Shown here piece after piece: positions 62,587 through 64,000 of a DNA stretch of 64,000 bases. Source of the DNA: an uncultured Clostridium sp. (GTDB lineage Bacteria; Bacillota; Clostridia; TANB77; CAG-508). The stretch covers positions 7,756 to 71,755 of the forward strand of contig CANAQC010000003.1 in assembly GCA_947363765.1 (NCBI GenBank), written 5' to 3'. A program made the position numbers and the translations under genes. How positions within the stretch are numbered: the stretch's first letter is position 1; each line of letters begins with the position of its first letter. The notes beneath the pieces were generated by a model, which was not told the DNA's origin, ran no database searches, and worked only from the letters and a program-made list of their open reading frames with translations.

Positions 62587-63600
62587 GTGGAAAATGGAAT
62601 AATCGATAATGAAAACAATATAATTTTTTATACTGATGAAGATAATAACGTGAAAATCGAAGTAATATTAGAAAATGAAAATGTTTGGTTGCCCCAGAAT
62701 TCATTAGCAAAACTATTTGATACAACAAGAAATAATATAACAATGCATATAAAAAATATATTTACTGATGAAGAATTAGAAATAGAATCAGTTAGTAAGG
62801 AAAACTTACTAACTGCAAATGATGGTAAAAAATATAAAACAAAACTGTATAACTTAGATATGATAATTTCTCTTGGATTTAGAGTAAATTCTAAAAAGGC
62901 CATTAAATTTAGAACATGGGCTAATAAAATAATAAAAGAATATATGATTAAAGGATTTGCATTAGATGACGACAGATTTTTAAAAGGTGGAAAAGTTAAT
63001 CAAAAGTATTTTGACGAATTATTAGAAAGAATAAAAGTAATTCGTACAAGTGAAAGAATGGCATATCAAAAAATAACAGATATATTTATGACTACTTCAA
63101 TAGATTATGATAAAAATTCCGAAGAAGCATATACCTTTTTTAAAATAGTACAAAACAAACTTCACTACTCAATAACAGGTCATACAGCAGCAGAATTAAT
63201 TTACGAAAGAGTAGATAGTGAAAAAATAAATATGGGACTTACAACATGGAAAGAAGCACCTGATGGAATGATATATAAATATGATATTAGTGTAGCTAAA
63301 AATTATTTGAATGAAAGCGAATTAAAGAAATTAAATAATTTAACTACTTTGTTCTTAGACTATGCAGAAACAATGGCAGAAGAAGAACAAATAATGACAA
63401 TGAAGGATTGGATAAATGAAACAGATAATCTTTTAAAATTTAGAAAAAAAGAGATATTAAAAGATTCTGGAAGAGTATCACACAAACAAGCAATTGAAAA
63501 AGCAAATAATGAATATGAGAAATACAGAATTAAACAAGATGAGCAATATATTTCTAGTATGGATGAAATGTATAAAAAGTATTTAGAAGAAAATAAATAG
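62587..63600 (+). CDS. RhuM-family virulence-associated protein
   Basis: VWLPQNSLAKLFDTTRNNITMHIKNIF...YNLDMIISLGFRVNSKKAIKFRTWANKIIKEY. GTG start after AGGAGGTG. Confidence 0.75.
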   Translation: MENGIIDNENNIIFYTDEDNNVKIEVILENENVWLPQNSLAKLFDTTRNNITMHIKNIFTDEELEIESVSKENLLTANDGKKYKTKLYNLDMIISLGFRVNSKKAIKFRTWANKIIKEYMIKGFALDDDRFLKGGKVNQKYFDELLERIKVIRTSERMAYQKITDIFMTTSIDYDKNSEEAYTFFKIVQNKLHYSITGHTAAELIYERVDSEKINMGLTTWKEAPDGMIYKYDISVAKNYLNESELKKLNNLTTLFLDYAETMAEEEQIMTMKDWINETDNLLKFRKKEILKDSGRVSHKQAIEKANNEYEKYRIKQDEQYISSMDEMYKKYLEENK

Positions 63601-63616
63601 GAGGCACAATAATTAA

Positions 63617-64000
63617 ATGAATTTAGAAGAAAAATTTGAAAAACTAATAGAATATGTAGAAAATATAACTGATAATGAACTGAGAGAATTAGTAAAGAAA
63701 TTATTAATTGATAAAAAACAGGATTTAATGAATAGAGCAGGCTCACCAGATAGAATAGAAAATGGAATATATTATAAAGGAAATCATCATTTCTTTAAAG
63801 GTGGACTATTATGCCATTTATTAGAAACTACTGAATATGCTGTTAATATTGCTAAAACAAGTAATAAAGAAACGAATATGGATGTGTTGATTTGTGGAGC
63901 ATGTCTACATGATATTGGGAAAATTATAACTTATCAAGAATGGAATGATGAAAATCAAGTAAAAAATCCTGCTACTATTTATGCAAGTAAAGTACAACAT
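63617..64000 (+). CDS. HD-domain protein, 3' end cut by window edge
   Basis: ATG at 63617, open to the window end. ...LLCHLLETTEYAV...CGACLHDIGK (the H...HD motif). Not in the ORF track because there is no stop. Confidence 0.5.
   Translation, partial: MNLEEKFEKLIEYVENITDNELRELVKKLLIDKKQDLMNRAGSPDRIENGIYYKGNHHFFKGGLLCHLLETTEYAVNIAKTSNKETNMDVLICGACLHDIGKIITYQEWNDENQVKNPATIYASKVQH

Noticed and set aside
62388-62618. 76-aa minus-strand ORF upstream of rhuM
   Set aside because: It sits in an AT-rich promoter region, has no RBS, and overlaps the rhuM start.

Overview
Very AT-rich chromosomal window from a spore-forming Firmicute, probably a Clostridia-class organism. Most of it is a plus-strand core backbone.

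Core content:
- Division and sporulation: scpA (5' partial), spoIIAA-spoIIAB-sigF, spoIID, and a SpoIIQ-like LytM protein.
- Metabolism: split transketolase and fba.
- Envelope: ftsEX, two tandem coiled-coil M23 peptidases, and an S41 Ctp peptidase.
- Replication and repair: ruvA, rarA, dnaE, ireB-ruvX-DUF1292.
- trans-translation: tmRNA (ssrA) and smpB.
- Other: a tRNA-Val/Asp/Phe cluster, tRNA-Trp, a P-type Ca-ATPase, cdaA, truA, an OmpR/HK two-component pair, and ytfI/ytfJ.

Two regions look accessory:
- About 13.35-23.2 kb is a repeat-laden, integrase-less mosaic next to tRNA-Phe. It holds a GT2, a DUF3800 gene with an in-frame stop, a MazG-like gene, duplicated small ORFs and a candidate type I toxin.
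- About 23.3-31.6 kb is a surface/secretion cluster: a cadherin-like protein, a dockerin-tagged M6-like metalloprotease, an AT-hook ParA/CpaE-like protein and a degenerate GGDEF protein. A matching LPXTG cohesin protein lies at 61.6 kb.

The most unusual signal is at five conserved genes: the transketolase C subunit, rarA, a TauE-like half transporter, truA and dnaE. Each is interrupted at an in-frame CGG. In every case, skipping the C and reading GGA/GGT in the +1 frame restores a family-conserved glycine and the full-length protein. No conserved gene in the window uses CGG as an ordinary internal Arg codon. This could be +1 recoding at a hungry or unassigned codon, a context-specific sequencing artefact, or biased pseudogenisation. 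I cannot tell which from the sequence alone.

No CRISPR array, transposase or integrase was seen.
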